From assembly GCA_965153355.1 (NCBI GenBank), contig OZ231126.1:558001-622000 (forward strand): DNA of 64,000 nt, read 5' to 3'. A model generated the notes under the pieces. It saw only the letters and a list, made by a program, of their open reading frames with translations. It had not been told where the DNA came from and did not search any database. This document shows positions 38,801 through 51,044 of this stretch, piece by piece. Within the stretch, counting starts at the first letter, position 1, and the number at the start of each line of letters is the position of its first letter. The DNA is from Flaccisagitta enflata. Taxonomy: Eukaryota. The translations under genes were made by a program, and so were the position numbers.

Positions 38801-41739
38801 TTTTTTCTTTGATGATCTTTTGTTTTTTTTCTTCAAAGAATGTTCTCATTCACCATTTCCTAAGGATTTTTTTTTATCCCAAAAGTGTTTCCTCATTTAC
38901 CACAATCTTTTGTTTGTAGTAGTCTTTTTTTTTCTCAATAGATGTCCTCACTCACCAGACCCTTTTTCTTTTATAGTCTTTTGCTTTTCTCTTCAAAGAA
39001 TGTCCTCACTCACCATTTCTAAGATATTTTTTTCATCCCAAAAGTGTGTCCTCACTCACCACTATCTTTTGTTTGTATTAGTCTTTTTTTTCAATAGATA
39101 TCCTCCTCACCAGACTCTTTTTCTTTGATAGTCTTGTTTTTTCTTGTCAAAAAGAATGTCCTCCTCCCACCATTCTAAGGATTTTCATCCCAAAAGTAAT
39201 GTCCTCCTCCCCCAACTATCTTTGTGCAGTAGTCTTTTTTTCTCAATAGATGTCCTCACTCACCAGACCCTTTTCTTTGTAGTAGTCTTTTTTTCTAAAA
39301 AGATATCCTCACTCACCAGACCATTTTTCTTTGAAAGATTTTTCATCCCAAAAGTGTGTCCTCACTCACCACTATCTTTAGTTTGTGATAGTCTTTTTTT
39401 CTCAATAGATGTCCTCACTCACAAGACCCTTTTTCTTTCATAGTCTTTTGTTTTTCTCTTCAAAGAATGTCCTCACTCACCAATTCTAAGGATTTTTTTT
39501 CATCCCAAAAGTGTGTCCTCACTCACCACTACCTTTTGTTTGTAGTAGTCTTTTTTTTCTCAATAGATGTCCTCACTCACCAGACCCTTTTTCTTTGATA
39601 GTCTTTTGTTTTTCTTCTCAAAGAATGTCCTCACTTACCATTTCTAAGGATTTTTTTTCATCCCAAAAGTGTATCCTCACTCACCACTATCTTTCGTGGG
39701 TAGTAGTCTTTTTTTTTTCTCATTAGATGTCCTCACTCACCAGACCCTTTTTCTTTGATAGTCTTTTGTTTTTCTCTTTAAAGAATGTCCTCACTCACCA
39801 TTTCTAAGGATTTTTTTTCATCCAAAAAGTGTGTCCTCACTCACCACTATCTTTTGTTTGTAGTAGTCTTTTTTTCTCTCAATAGATGTCCTCACTCACC
39901 AGACCCTTTTGTTTGTAGTAGTCTTTTTTTCTCATTAGATGTCCTCACTCACCAGACCCTTTTTCTTTGATAGTCTTTTGTTTTTTTCTTCAAAGAATGT
40001 CCTCACTCACCATTTCTAAGGATTTTTTTTCATCCCAGAAATGTGTCCTCACTCACCACAATCTTTTGTTTGTTGCGGTCTTTTTTTTTCTCTCAATAGA
40101 TGTCCTCACTCACCAGAACTTATTTCTTTGATAGTCTTTTGTTTTCTTCTTCAAAGAATGTCCTCATCATTTCCCATGGATTTTTTTTATCCCAAAAGTG
40201 TGTCTTCACTCACCACAACTTTTGTTTGTAGTAGTCTTTTTTTTTCTCAATAGAAGTCCTCCCTCACCAGATCTTTTTTCTCTTATAGTCTTTTGTTTTT
40301 CACTTCAAAGAATCTCTTCACTCACTAATCCCAAAGAATTTTTTTCATCCCAAAAGTGTATCCTCACTCTCCACAATCTTTTGTTTGATGTGGTCTTTTT
40401 TTCTCTCAATAGATGTCCTCACTCACCAGATCTTTTTAGTTGCGTGCACGCAACTCTACAACCCACTCTGTCCGTCTGTCTGTTGGTCGGTCGGTCGGTA
40501 ACACTTAGCTTTTTCGACGTTTACGGGCGGTTTTGGGGTTACAGCTCCTGCCCAATTGCTTAGCTGGTCTTTTTCATCACTGCCCCTGCCCACCCGCACG
40601 CGACTTGGCCAGCCATGTATCCGGCCTTGTTTCTTTGCTAGTCTTTTGTTTTTCTTTTAAAGAATGTCCTTAATCGCCATTTCCTAACAATTTCTTTCAT
40701 CCCAAAAGTGTTTCCTCAATCACCACATTCTTTTCTTTGTAATAGTCTTTTTTTCTCTCAATGGATGTCCTCACTCACCAGAACTTGTAAATCTTGAAAA
40801 TCTTTTGATTCATCTATATCATTTAGACATTTTTTTCACCCCCAGAATGTGTCCTCACCTCAGTCTTTTGTTTGTTTTATCTTTTTTAATTTAATAAAAA
40901 AAGGCTAAAATCAATACAAAAAATGTTTTTTTGCCAGTTTTTCTCTTCAAATAGTAAAAGTGATATTTGACAAAGGTAAAAATGCAATCAAAATCCTTTG
41001 TTGACAAAAAATGCATCAGTTATTAAAATAGGAGTAACATTATCGTTTCTGCGCTCTATTCACTTTACAAAGCTCTTCTTTTTATCCCAAGAATATGTCC
41101 TTACCTTAGTCTTTTGTTTGTGTTTTTTTGTTTTCCAAGATGTCTCCACTTATCTCAATATAAATCTTTTGTTTTTTTCATCCTCATCATCTATGATATT
41201 CTGTAATTTTTTTTTTCAATCCCAAGAATGTGTACTCACCTTAATATTTTGTTTGTGTAATTTTGCTCTGTCAAGATGTCTCCACATATCACTTTAAAAG
41301 TTTTTTTGCTATTTGCATTTTCATTGTCTATCATATTATGTAGTTTTTTTATCCCAAGAATGTATCCTCACCTTAGTCTTTTGTTTGTGTTACTTTTTTT
41401 TTCTTAAGATGTTTCCACTTATCTCTATGTAAATCTTTTGTTTCATCTATGTCATTCATTCATTTTTTACATCACCAGAATGTTTCCTAGTCTTTTGTTT
41501 GTTTTATCTTTTTTCTTTCAAGATGTCTCTACTTATCTCTATGTCAATCTTTTGTTTTTTCCACCTCATCATCAATCATGAATCATCAATCATATTTTTC
41601 TATCCCAAAACTTTTTTCTATCTCAAAAATATCCTCACCTGTCTTTTGTTTAAATTTGTCTTAATTCATCCACCAGATTTCTTAAACTTTATCTCAATTT
41701 TCCTTTAGTTTTTTTCCCACTGCTTGATTTTTTTTCAAC

Positions 41740-41786
<47 letters not shown>

Positions 41787-42335
41787 AGAGAAAGAGAGAG
41801 AGAGAGAGAGAACATTTCAGCGATTGAATACCATGGAACTTGAAATGTTCACCAAATTTAACAATTCACTTATAGTTCAGGGTTTTTTTTTATCTAAATT
41901 TCATATTTGAATTTTGTATGTATTAATGTATATTACGAAATGTTTAAAAAAGTAGAAAATGAAAAGTGACAAGAAAAAAAGTAAAAAAAGTAAAAAAGTG
42001 AAAAAGTGAAAAAATAAAAAAAAAAAAAGTAAAAAGTGAAAGAATAAAAAAATGAAAAATAAATATTTGAAAATGTGAAAAAAAAAATTAAAGTAAAAAA
42101 GAAAATGCAAAAAAAAAATGATAAAAAATAAAAAATGAAAAAAAATTTGTAGTAAAAAAAAAATTAAAAAAAAAACAACATATAAAACATCGCGATCCAC
42201 AGTATTGGCGACAGCCACTGGTTTATCTATGTGGTGGTTGTTTTACCATCAGAGATAGATTTGTTGTTCTGTCAAAGTTGTGGTGGTTGTTGATAATGTC
42301 CGTAGAAACGGGTCACGTTGTTTCAAAACTGCTAG

Positions 42336-42426
<91 letters not shown>

Positions 42427-43842
42427 ATTGTTGTTGTTTTTGTTGTAGTTAGTTTCACTCGAGGCCTCCGTTTGTGCCACTCAGCATGAAAGCGAAGTGA
42501 GTAAAGTGTTGTAGCCTCGAGAAAAGATTGAGTAAAGTGTTGTAGCCTCGAGAAAAGATTTTCTTCTTACTTAAACCTTTTAAAAGCACATCTTGTTGAG
42601 CCCCAAGGCAGTTACTCTCACATTCTCTTTTCTTCTTCTCCCTCTTTTTCTTCTATATCATTTTCTTCGTCTCCATCTTCATCTTCTTCCCCCTCCTCCT
42701 CCTCTTCTTCTTTTCTTTCTTCTTCTTCTTCTTCTTCTTCTTCTTCTTCTTCTTCTTCTTCTTCTTCTTCTTCTTCTTCTTCTTCTTCCTTGTCTTCTAC
42801 TTCTACTTCTTCTCCTTCTTTTTCTTTTTTTTCTTTCTTTTCTTTTTTCTTTTTTTTATTCTTTTTTTTCTTACTCTTTTTCTTTTTTCTTTTTCTTTCT
42901 CTTTTTCATTTTCATTTTCATTTTCTTTTTCTTTTTACCACCATCTCCTAGCTTTCACTACAACCTTACTTGGTCTTCTTTACACAGGCGTCTCTCCATT
43001 GATCGAAGTGAGTTTAGCTGAGGAGGAATCTCCAACCTCGACGCCCCGTTGCAACCACCTCATCCCAGCTTCCTCCTCTTCATTATCCAACGCCTACAAC
43101 AGACGCCATCCGCATTTCGATGGCATTAACAAAGACACTGTTAATAACAACAGCGGCAACAGCAGCAGCAGCAACAACAACAGCGGCAACAACAACAACA
43201 ACAACAACAAGGGCGTCAACAGCGCTCTAAATAACGCCGCTCCGAGGTAAATGACTATAATGACCACATCTCTAACAGCACTTTACAGTTTACAGTTGAT
43301 TTCGTCTAAGCTTGGGATAATGGGGGCGGGTATATCATGCAACAGAGAGCATCACATATCTAACCATCAAATCTATTTAACGGAATGTTGTTGAGAATCT
43401 TTGAAAACATCTTCTATTTCATAGATACATTCCATTGAGAGGCGATTCTCAACCGACTAAGGTCGGAAACGCCGCCAGCGTCAGTTCCAACGCCGCTTCC
43501 GGTGGTTACGCCAACTGCTCAAACGGTGGTTACGCCAACTGCTCAAACGGTGGTTACGCCAACTGCGCCACGGGGGGTTTCGCCAACATGGTAGAAGCGG
43601 ATGTGTGGATGCCTCGTTATCGAGGCCTCTTGGCGCCTCCGCCGTCGAGTTTGAGTCCAAACAATGAAACGACGACGATGCCGCTTTTGAATGTTGGCGC
43701 CGAAAACAACGCCGGAATAGACGCCAAGACTTTGCCAATTGGCGCCAAAAGTTTAGGGAATGGCGCAAATTTGGTTGCGACAAATATTTACTCGGAAAAG
43801 GTGAGGAAAAAGCGTGAAACGGCGGAAGTGAAAGCCAAGTGA
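35856..43842 (+). CDS. Orphan three-exon ORF (about 266 aa), low complexity with tandem GGYANC motifs; possibly the 3' part of a larger gene
   Basis: Exons 35856-35979 (G|gtgatc), 42988-43246 (cacag|...AG|gtaaat) and 43425-43842 (catag|...TGA) join in frame (phases 1 and 2). The first exon is the least certain. Confidence 0.6.
37765..40790. repeat. Complex tandem repeat, unit about 135-145 bp made of three subunits sharing TGTCCTCACTCACCA
   Basis: Cyclic order aagaatgtcctcactcaccattt / gtgtgtcctcactcaccactatc / tagatgtcctcactcaccagacc; decayed copies extend to about 41700. Confidence 0.92.
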
Positions 43843-46800
43843 AAGCAAGTTTAAACAAAAAAACATCTTCTTAATTAAAGGAATAATGTTAAAGATGTTG
43901 GGAGAGACATAAAGGTTCCATCAAATAAACAAACTCTTTTCTTTAGTTTAGTTTTTTTTAGTTTAACGTATACCTCAAGAAGGTTTTTAGTTGCGGACAC
44001 GCAACTCTGTAAGAGCCTTTGTCCATCCGTCCGTCCGTTGGTCCGTTGGTCGGTCCGTCCGTGACCACAAGTCGAAAAGTGTGAAAAAGCGCATTTCCGC
44101 CCCTGCCCACCCGTCCGCAACTGGTATTGGCCGTGTATCCGGCCTTGTTTACCTGTTGCTTAACCAGATAGTTGTTGAAAATCAATTAAGGGGTATGTTT
44201 CTTTGTAACCTATGTTGGGTATATTGGGTATTGGGTAGTTTGTTACATGCCTGATGAGCCAAGAAGAGAGGTGAGACTGTTCACCTAATACTATGAGACC
44301 ACAAGTCATAGACTCAAACTTCTCCAACAGGCCTTGTTTTGCATTGTGTACTGTAAGTGAAACTCTCCAACGTGCAGATAAACGTCATAAAAGTCAAATC
44401 CGCCTCCCTCCTGCTTTTCCCCTCATTTTCAGGTTCAAAAGATGTTGTTGGCCGAGTGGCAATTAATCGCGGATGTGATCGACAAATTATTACTTTGGTT
44501 CTATTTAATAACGACAATTATCAGTTCGGTCACGATGCTATTCATTATTCCCTACTTGCATCATGACAGACACGATTAATAAATATGAATTATGTGGACG
44601 ACAATTCATGAAAACGTGTTCTTTTTTCATCGGTGTGGGTATTCTTGTTATGAATGACTCCATTCACTCATTCATTCGTTCATTCATTCATTTATTCATT
44701 CGTCCATTCATTCATTCATTCGTTCATTTATACATTTATTCATTCATTCAATCATTCATTCATTCAATCATTCATATATTCATAAATTCATAAATTCATT
44801 CATTCATATATTCATTCATTCATTCCTTAATTTATTCATTCAATCATTCAATCGTTCATATATTCATTCATTCATTCATTCATTCATTCATTCATTCATT
44901 CATTCATTCATTCATTCATTTATTCATTTATTGAAGTCATGATGGTTTACTATCCGGCCTTATATCTTTATCACTATATTTGTAAAATCTCTGAATGATT
45001 GTTTAGGTTTGTTGGTTTACTTCTACTATTCCGTCTTTAAATTGGCGTGTTAAGAATCTAAAGGTTAATCAAATCAAACTTTGAGATACCCTGGCTCCAT
45101 GTAAGATAATGTAAAAGAATATCTTGATGTATGATTTGATCGTTAATATGTTGATGATACAATCCTGACAAGGAATGTGTTTTGTCCATAATCTGACGAA
45201 AGTGATGATAATTGATGTTTTCATGCTTGACTAATTGGTCCCAACAGGATATGTAGAAAAATATAGATGGTTTTCTCTTGGTAAAATTTGAAAATAAAGA
45301 TGGTAAAATATAGATGGTAAAATATAGATGGTAAGATATAGATGGTAAAATATAGATGGTTTTCTCTAGGGCAAATTTGAAAATATTTGATATTCCATAC
45401 AAAACATTCAAATCTTTTAACAGAATAAACCATCAGAAAAAGAAATCCAGTTGTAGTTTTTTCTACGCATCCTGTTAGGTTTGATATCAGTGGTCCCCTC
45501 AGAAGAAAAAACTGCGTGACTGTCATGACCACTGCAAGTAATAATGAAGTAACATAAATTCACGATAATTATTAACGTTTAACAATGTCATGATCACTGC
45601 AAGTAATGATGAAGTAACATAAATTCAAGTTGATTGTTAATAGTTAAGTAACATAAATTTATTATAATTATTAACATAACATTGTCATGTTCTTGTGAAT
45701 GTCATAGTGAATGACAATAAATTGCAGCCTTTCATTCAGACTTTCGCTACTTTACTTTGAAATGCCCTGAGCCCATCTTATGTATTATGTTGTGAGATAA
45801 TTCAAAAACCTCCACACGCACAATTGTGGTTATACCTGTTTTTATCACTCTAAACTTTGTGATGAAGTCAAGTGTTTTTTCTGTAACAAATCAGTGAGTA
45901 AATATCTGATTCTTTTTGTGTTTATCAGTAATTAACATCAAATACATACAAGAGACAATCCTGATACGCGGAAATTCATTCGTGGTAATAAGTAAAGCAT
46001 CATAGAGAAATGGAAAGTGAATAGTTTGTCATTTGTCATTTGTCATGGTAGAAAATCGATTCTGACGAAACCAACTTTTGGCAATTTGTTGAACCTCAGG
46101 GCGTGATTTCTACTGTCCCACGAGGGAGTGAGCGAAGTGAGTGAGCGAGCCCGTAAACGGAGCGAGCGAGTTCAGCGAGCGCAACGAAGCGGAGCGCTGC
46201 GGAGCGAGTGAGCGGAGTGAGCGGTGCGATTTCATGTATCAAGAGCGATTGAGACACACCGATTAGTCGGACGGTTGGACGAGGCTTCCAAATTGTCTTT
46301 TCTACTAAAAACAAGGCCGGATACACGGCTACCCCAGTCGCGTGCGGGTGGGCAGGGGCTGTAATTGAGGTCACCAGATCATTTGGGCAGGAGCAGTGTG
46401 GCCAAAAACCGCAAAAACCTAAAATAAAGTATCGTGTGACGGACGGTCGGACGGACGGACGGACGGACGGACGGACGGACGGACGGACGGACGGACGGAC
46501 GGACGGACGGACGGACGGACGGACGGACGGACGGACGGACGTGTCCACTTTTTTTTTCAATTTGCAATCACTAACGTAATCACGGTAAAACCCAGGATAT
46601 AAATAGAAACTTAGAATGAAGCTGGCCAAAGATGGAATCAATGGATTACAAATCTTGGAAAGTTTAGTTCCGATAGAAAAAAAGAATATTTGTAATCACA
46701 CAGACATTTCAGAATTTCAAAGAAAAGATTTTCCTTTGGGCAGCGGCCCCAAAGGGACCGATGACCTATGCTTTCACACATATGGGAGATTTTCTCATCC

Positions 46801-47058
46801 TTCTTACCCTCCCCCCCTATTCTTCGATTCCGGCCTTGAGGCTTCCAAATTCTAACCTGAAGGCCCCAATCCAAGCCTTGAGGATACAAATTTAGCCCTG
46901 AGGCTCAACTCTTCAACCCCAGCTTTGAGACTACAGTCCCAACATTGAAGTACCAATCCCAGCTTCCCATATGTTTGAAAGCATAGGTCATCAGCTCCTT
47001 TGAGGCATATACTAACATAGGGGCAACAGGAACCGCTGACCATCTGAAGCTTTTGTTT

Positions 47059-47280
47059 GTAAAGCGTAGATGGAATGATTCATTCAGTTAAACCTTTAAA
47101 GTGTCATGCGGAGTGAAGCAGGAAGGTGTTCTGAGTCCTTGGCTTTTTGCGACTTATTTGGATGATCTCATTGTCAAATTGAAACAAAAATTGTTGCGGT
47201 TGTCATTCAGTTGGTCAATTTATTGCAGCTACTCTTTATACTGATGACCTCGCATTACTTGCTCCTACACATTCATCACA
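47059..47280 (+). mobile_element. Decayed non-LTR retrotransposon reverse transcriptase fragment
   Basis: Translates to FKVSCGVKQEGVLSPWLFATYLDDL and, after a frameshift, GCHSVGQFIAATLYTDDLALLAP (degenerate GxxQG-LSP-LF and YADD motifs); contains a stop. Confidence 0.85.
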
Positions 47281-48317
47281 AAATTTTCTCATTTTCCCGC
47301 CGCGATAGTACGAGAGAGTCAAAATTGCGCTTTGGATATGACTCAATTTCTGAAATTTTCTCCAAGCGACGCATAAACTCAATGAAAAAAAGATCACAAT
47401 AGACAATCGGGCGGAATTTACGGTATTTAAACCTTCCCTTAAGTTTTTAGCAGTCATTGAGTCGCAAAAAGCAAACACTATTTTTGAGTCTTTATGTTCC
47501 ATCTCTACAACATGGGGCTTTCTTGTCGCCTATTTTTCCTTTTCCTCTTCGGCGAAACTCTAACGATCTCGCGAGGTAAGACAACAAGAAATGATACCGT
47601 TGAAATTGATTCAATTTTTTTTCTTTTCACCAAACATTTACTCCAAAGACTTCCAAAAAGCATTATTGGGCAAAAACGACATTGTTAAGTCATCGTTGAT
47701 CGAATTTATCAAGCCTCAAACATCAATAGTCACATTTTATAACACCACATAAAAAACCTCGTTTTTTTTAAATCTTCTATGATTTTTTTCAAATAGTCAC
47801 CCTCATCATTACCTCATTCTTTCATGACAAAGGGGGGGGGGGCGCTAATTAGAGGGGGGCGATAAATGCAAGAAATACGGTATAGTACAATCATGCTTGG
47901 ATAAATTGCAACTGGATTCTTGAGCCTATTACTCAGTCGAAAATCAGAAAAACCTATCAAAATCAAAGATGAAATTGAAGCTTTTTAAAAGATGAAGAGA
48001 TTGAGACCAAGTTGAGCAAATTTTGTTGATGCATTTAGATGGAGTGCTGTTTTAAAGAGAAGGACTAAAAAATGGGGAGGGAAATTCATCATAATTTAGC
48101 GTTTTTTCATTGGTAATATTTCTCTTCAAACCTTTGTTATTTTTAAACGAATGAAGCCACAATGACCAGCAACATTGCATTTGGAAGATCTTTTGCAGAG
48201 CTTTCAAATGGTCACAAATATTTTATGGTTTGAGCCCTTAGTTTGACCAAAACTAGAAGAATAAATAGAGAATAACATGCAATGTCAGTGGTCTCTTTAC
48301 CTAGATTACCTCATTAG

Positions 48318-49065
48318 CTTTGCAACCTTAACGCCGTGCAGAATCAGTTGACAACCAGCGACAAATGGAAGGTGAAAGTCAAAGTCAAGTGGGACAAAAA
48401 TGAAGTCTTTGTTGGAGGCCAAACGGGATGGGTCCTCCAAGCAGATTCCCGCGCTGGTACTTGGGGGGAATCTGAATGGGATGATTTCCAAGTGGGATCA
48501 GAAGCGACCAACTACACACTCGGAATCGGAAACCAACTGAGCAAGAACAACTGGGGGGGCGTTTCTAGTCAAGGACGATCGCGTTTTGAACAGGCCACTC
48601 GGTCGCTCGCTACGTTCGTTCGCTCGCACCGCTCACTCCGCTCACTCCGCTCACTCGCTCCGCAGCGCTCCGCTTCGCTTCGCTCGCTTCGCTCGCTCGC
48701 TCCGTTCACGGGCTCGCTCACTCACTTCGCTCACTCCCTCGTGGGACAGTTGAAATTCTTGAATATGTGTTCACGCTGTTATCGCGTTTCACGGGAACAA
48801 ACGCGTTTTGGCGCTCACTAGAAACACGCCCTGGGAAGGAGATCCTTTTCACAGTCACGATCTCAATGGGATGCAATTCTCAACTCGGGATCGTGACCAT
48901 GATAAGGGAGGTTGGGGCAACTGCGCATATTCCAATTATGGAGGGTGGTGGCATAATATTTGTTATGACATTTGCTTAACGTGCAATCGACCATACGGGG
49001 CTATATTGGATGGCATCAAATACCGATATCCTTCTTTGGCTGAAATGTGGATCAAAAAAGTCTGA
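48318..49065 (+). pseudogene. Fibrinogen C-terminal domain (FReD/ficolin/angiopoietin-like) terminal exon disrupted by a MITE
   Basis: Motifs WDDFQVGSEATNYTLGIG, GDPF, NGMQFSTRDRDHD, NCA..YGGWWHNIC and EMWIK*. A 277-bp insertion plus TGG duplication shifts the frame. The 5' boundary is uncertain and upstream exons were not recognised. Confidence 0.8.
48555..48831. mobile_element. PIF/Harbinger-like MITE inside the FReD exon
   Basis: Same family as 930-1181; 3-bp TSD TGG. Confidence 0.9.
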
Positions 49066-49497
49066 AAAAACAAATTCAAACACAAAAAAAAAATCTTTCC
49101 CACAAATCAGAACTTCTAATTTGTTAAGAAAAGTCTTTCCCACAATTTAAGAAAAAATTCCTTTGTTAAGAAAAGTCTTTCCCACAGTTTAAAGAAAATT
49201 ACTTTGTTAAGAACAAGTCTTTCCCACAGTTTTTCTTTTTCTTTTATTTCTTTGTTAAAAGTCTTTCCCAAAGTTTTTCTGTTTCTTTTACTTCTCTGTT
49301 AAAAGTATTTCCCACAGTTTTTCTTTTTCTTTAATTTCTTTGTTAAAAGTTTTTCCCACAAATTTTCTTTTTCTTTTATTTCTTTGTTACAAGTCTTTCC
49401 TACTTAGATCACATTTCAGCAAAATTATTAGAAAAACAAACAAAAGAAGATTTAAAAAAAAGGTCGCTTGCATGTTAAACAAATGGGATAACAACAG

Positions 49498-49577
<80 letters not shown>

Positions 49578-49608
49578 ACTAGATGAGAATTGACAAATGT
49601 TCTAAATG

Positions 49609-49670
<62 letters not shown>

Positions 49671-51044
49671 AAGATGGAAGCAATTCGAAAAACAAGTACT
49701 GTCTAACCTTCACGACAAAATTACCTATTTGGCCAGACCTGTATTATGGTTCCCATAGTGTAACTTGTAAGGAAGGTTGAAATTCTGTAAAAATCCTGGA
49801 TCTTACATACCACGAAAGGTTGTTTCATGAACTTTTCTGATAATTTCATTATCTTTATACAAATTTTGAAATCATATCGTCATGAGATATTAGTGACCAA
49901 AACCATGATACTTTTGTTTACAAAAATATTTCTGTCATTTCTTATATGTTTTTTTTTTTACATTAACTAAATAACAGCTGGGCGGCAGTGGACATGTGAT
50001 GGAGGCGACGAAAAAAACAGAAAGAGCTTAGTTAGAAACAAAGGAACATTGAAAAGAACGCTCACATTTTTTTTTGGATACCAATGGACAGACGGACAGT
50101 GGGGCGGATAAAAGGACAGATGGACGAACAAATAGATAGATGGACAGATGAATTAACACTCGGATGGATGGACAGACGAACAGATGGATGGACGTATCGT
50201 CAGATGGATGGATGGACAGGCAAATGGACAGACATATAGACATATGGATGGACAAATGTAGGACTTGCAATAGTTAACTTTAACTAGTTAGTTAACTACA
50301 GTTAACTACAGTTAACTGTAGTTAAAATTCTGAAAACCCCTATAGTTAACTAGGAGAAATTAACTAGTTAAAACAGTTAATGATTTATGAGGAAAAATGG
50401 GGAAAAATCACCCTTTTTTAGGTGCTACAAAGCACCTCTTTAACTGGCTGTGTCCGTTGGTTGGTTGGTTGGTTGGTTGGTTGGTCGGTCGGTCGGTCGG
50501 GTAACGCATTCGTTCGACGATCCACACATCGCACCTATTGGCCTACTTGGCCTTGTTTCCTTCAAATGACATGATTTTTTTGTGACATGAAGATAAAGTA
50601 TTTGCCTGCAGGGAAAACCCTCATATTGAGCTGCTATGGCGGATTTGAAATGAATAGTAAGCTAATCAATGGTAGGACTGATCCACGGATCCACGGAAAT
50701 TGTCAGTAAATGAGGATTTTTTCCATGACTTGTGTGTCAGTAAATCTTCATGACGATAAAACGCGATAAAATCATCTGTTTTTGGGGAAAAAATGAGATC
50801 GAGAGTAGTTCTTTTTATATTCTCGTTCATCCTGATCATTCATTCTCGTTCATCCTGATCATAATTCTTGTTCATCCTGATCAGTCATTCTTGTTCATCC
50901 TGATCACTCATTCTCTTCATTGAAATGCATTTTCGGTCTCTCTATAGAGATCATAACAAAAAGGGATCTATTCTTGTTTTCTGTATAGTAATGTTTTATA
51001 GCTAAACGCGGCCTGGCTCGGGGGTATAACGGGTTTTTGTGTTT

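Noticed and set aside
37765-40790. CRISPR-like array (conserved core with variable spacing)
   Set aside because: The intervening sequences are themselves repeated cyclically, there are no cas genes, and the context is eukaryotic; it is a satellite.
42988-43842. These exons as the AEBP2 C-terminus (NIYSEKVRKKR resembles the AEBP2 end)
   Set aside because: A better-matching terminal exon with a stop exists at 32760-32907.
46616-48100. Upstream exons of the fibrinogen-domain gene
   Set aside because: No convincing CDM/GGWTVxQRR/GFG motifs; WSAVLKRR near 48040 is flanked by stops and may be chance.
48336-48821. 161-aa ORF treated as a stand-alone gene
   Set aside because: A chimera of the FReD exon and read-through into the MITE.
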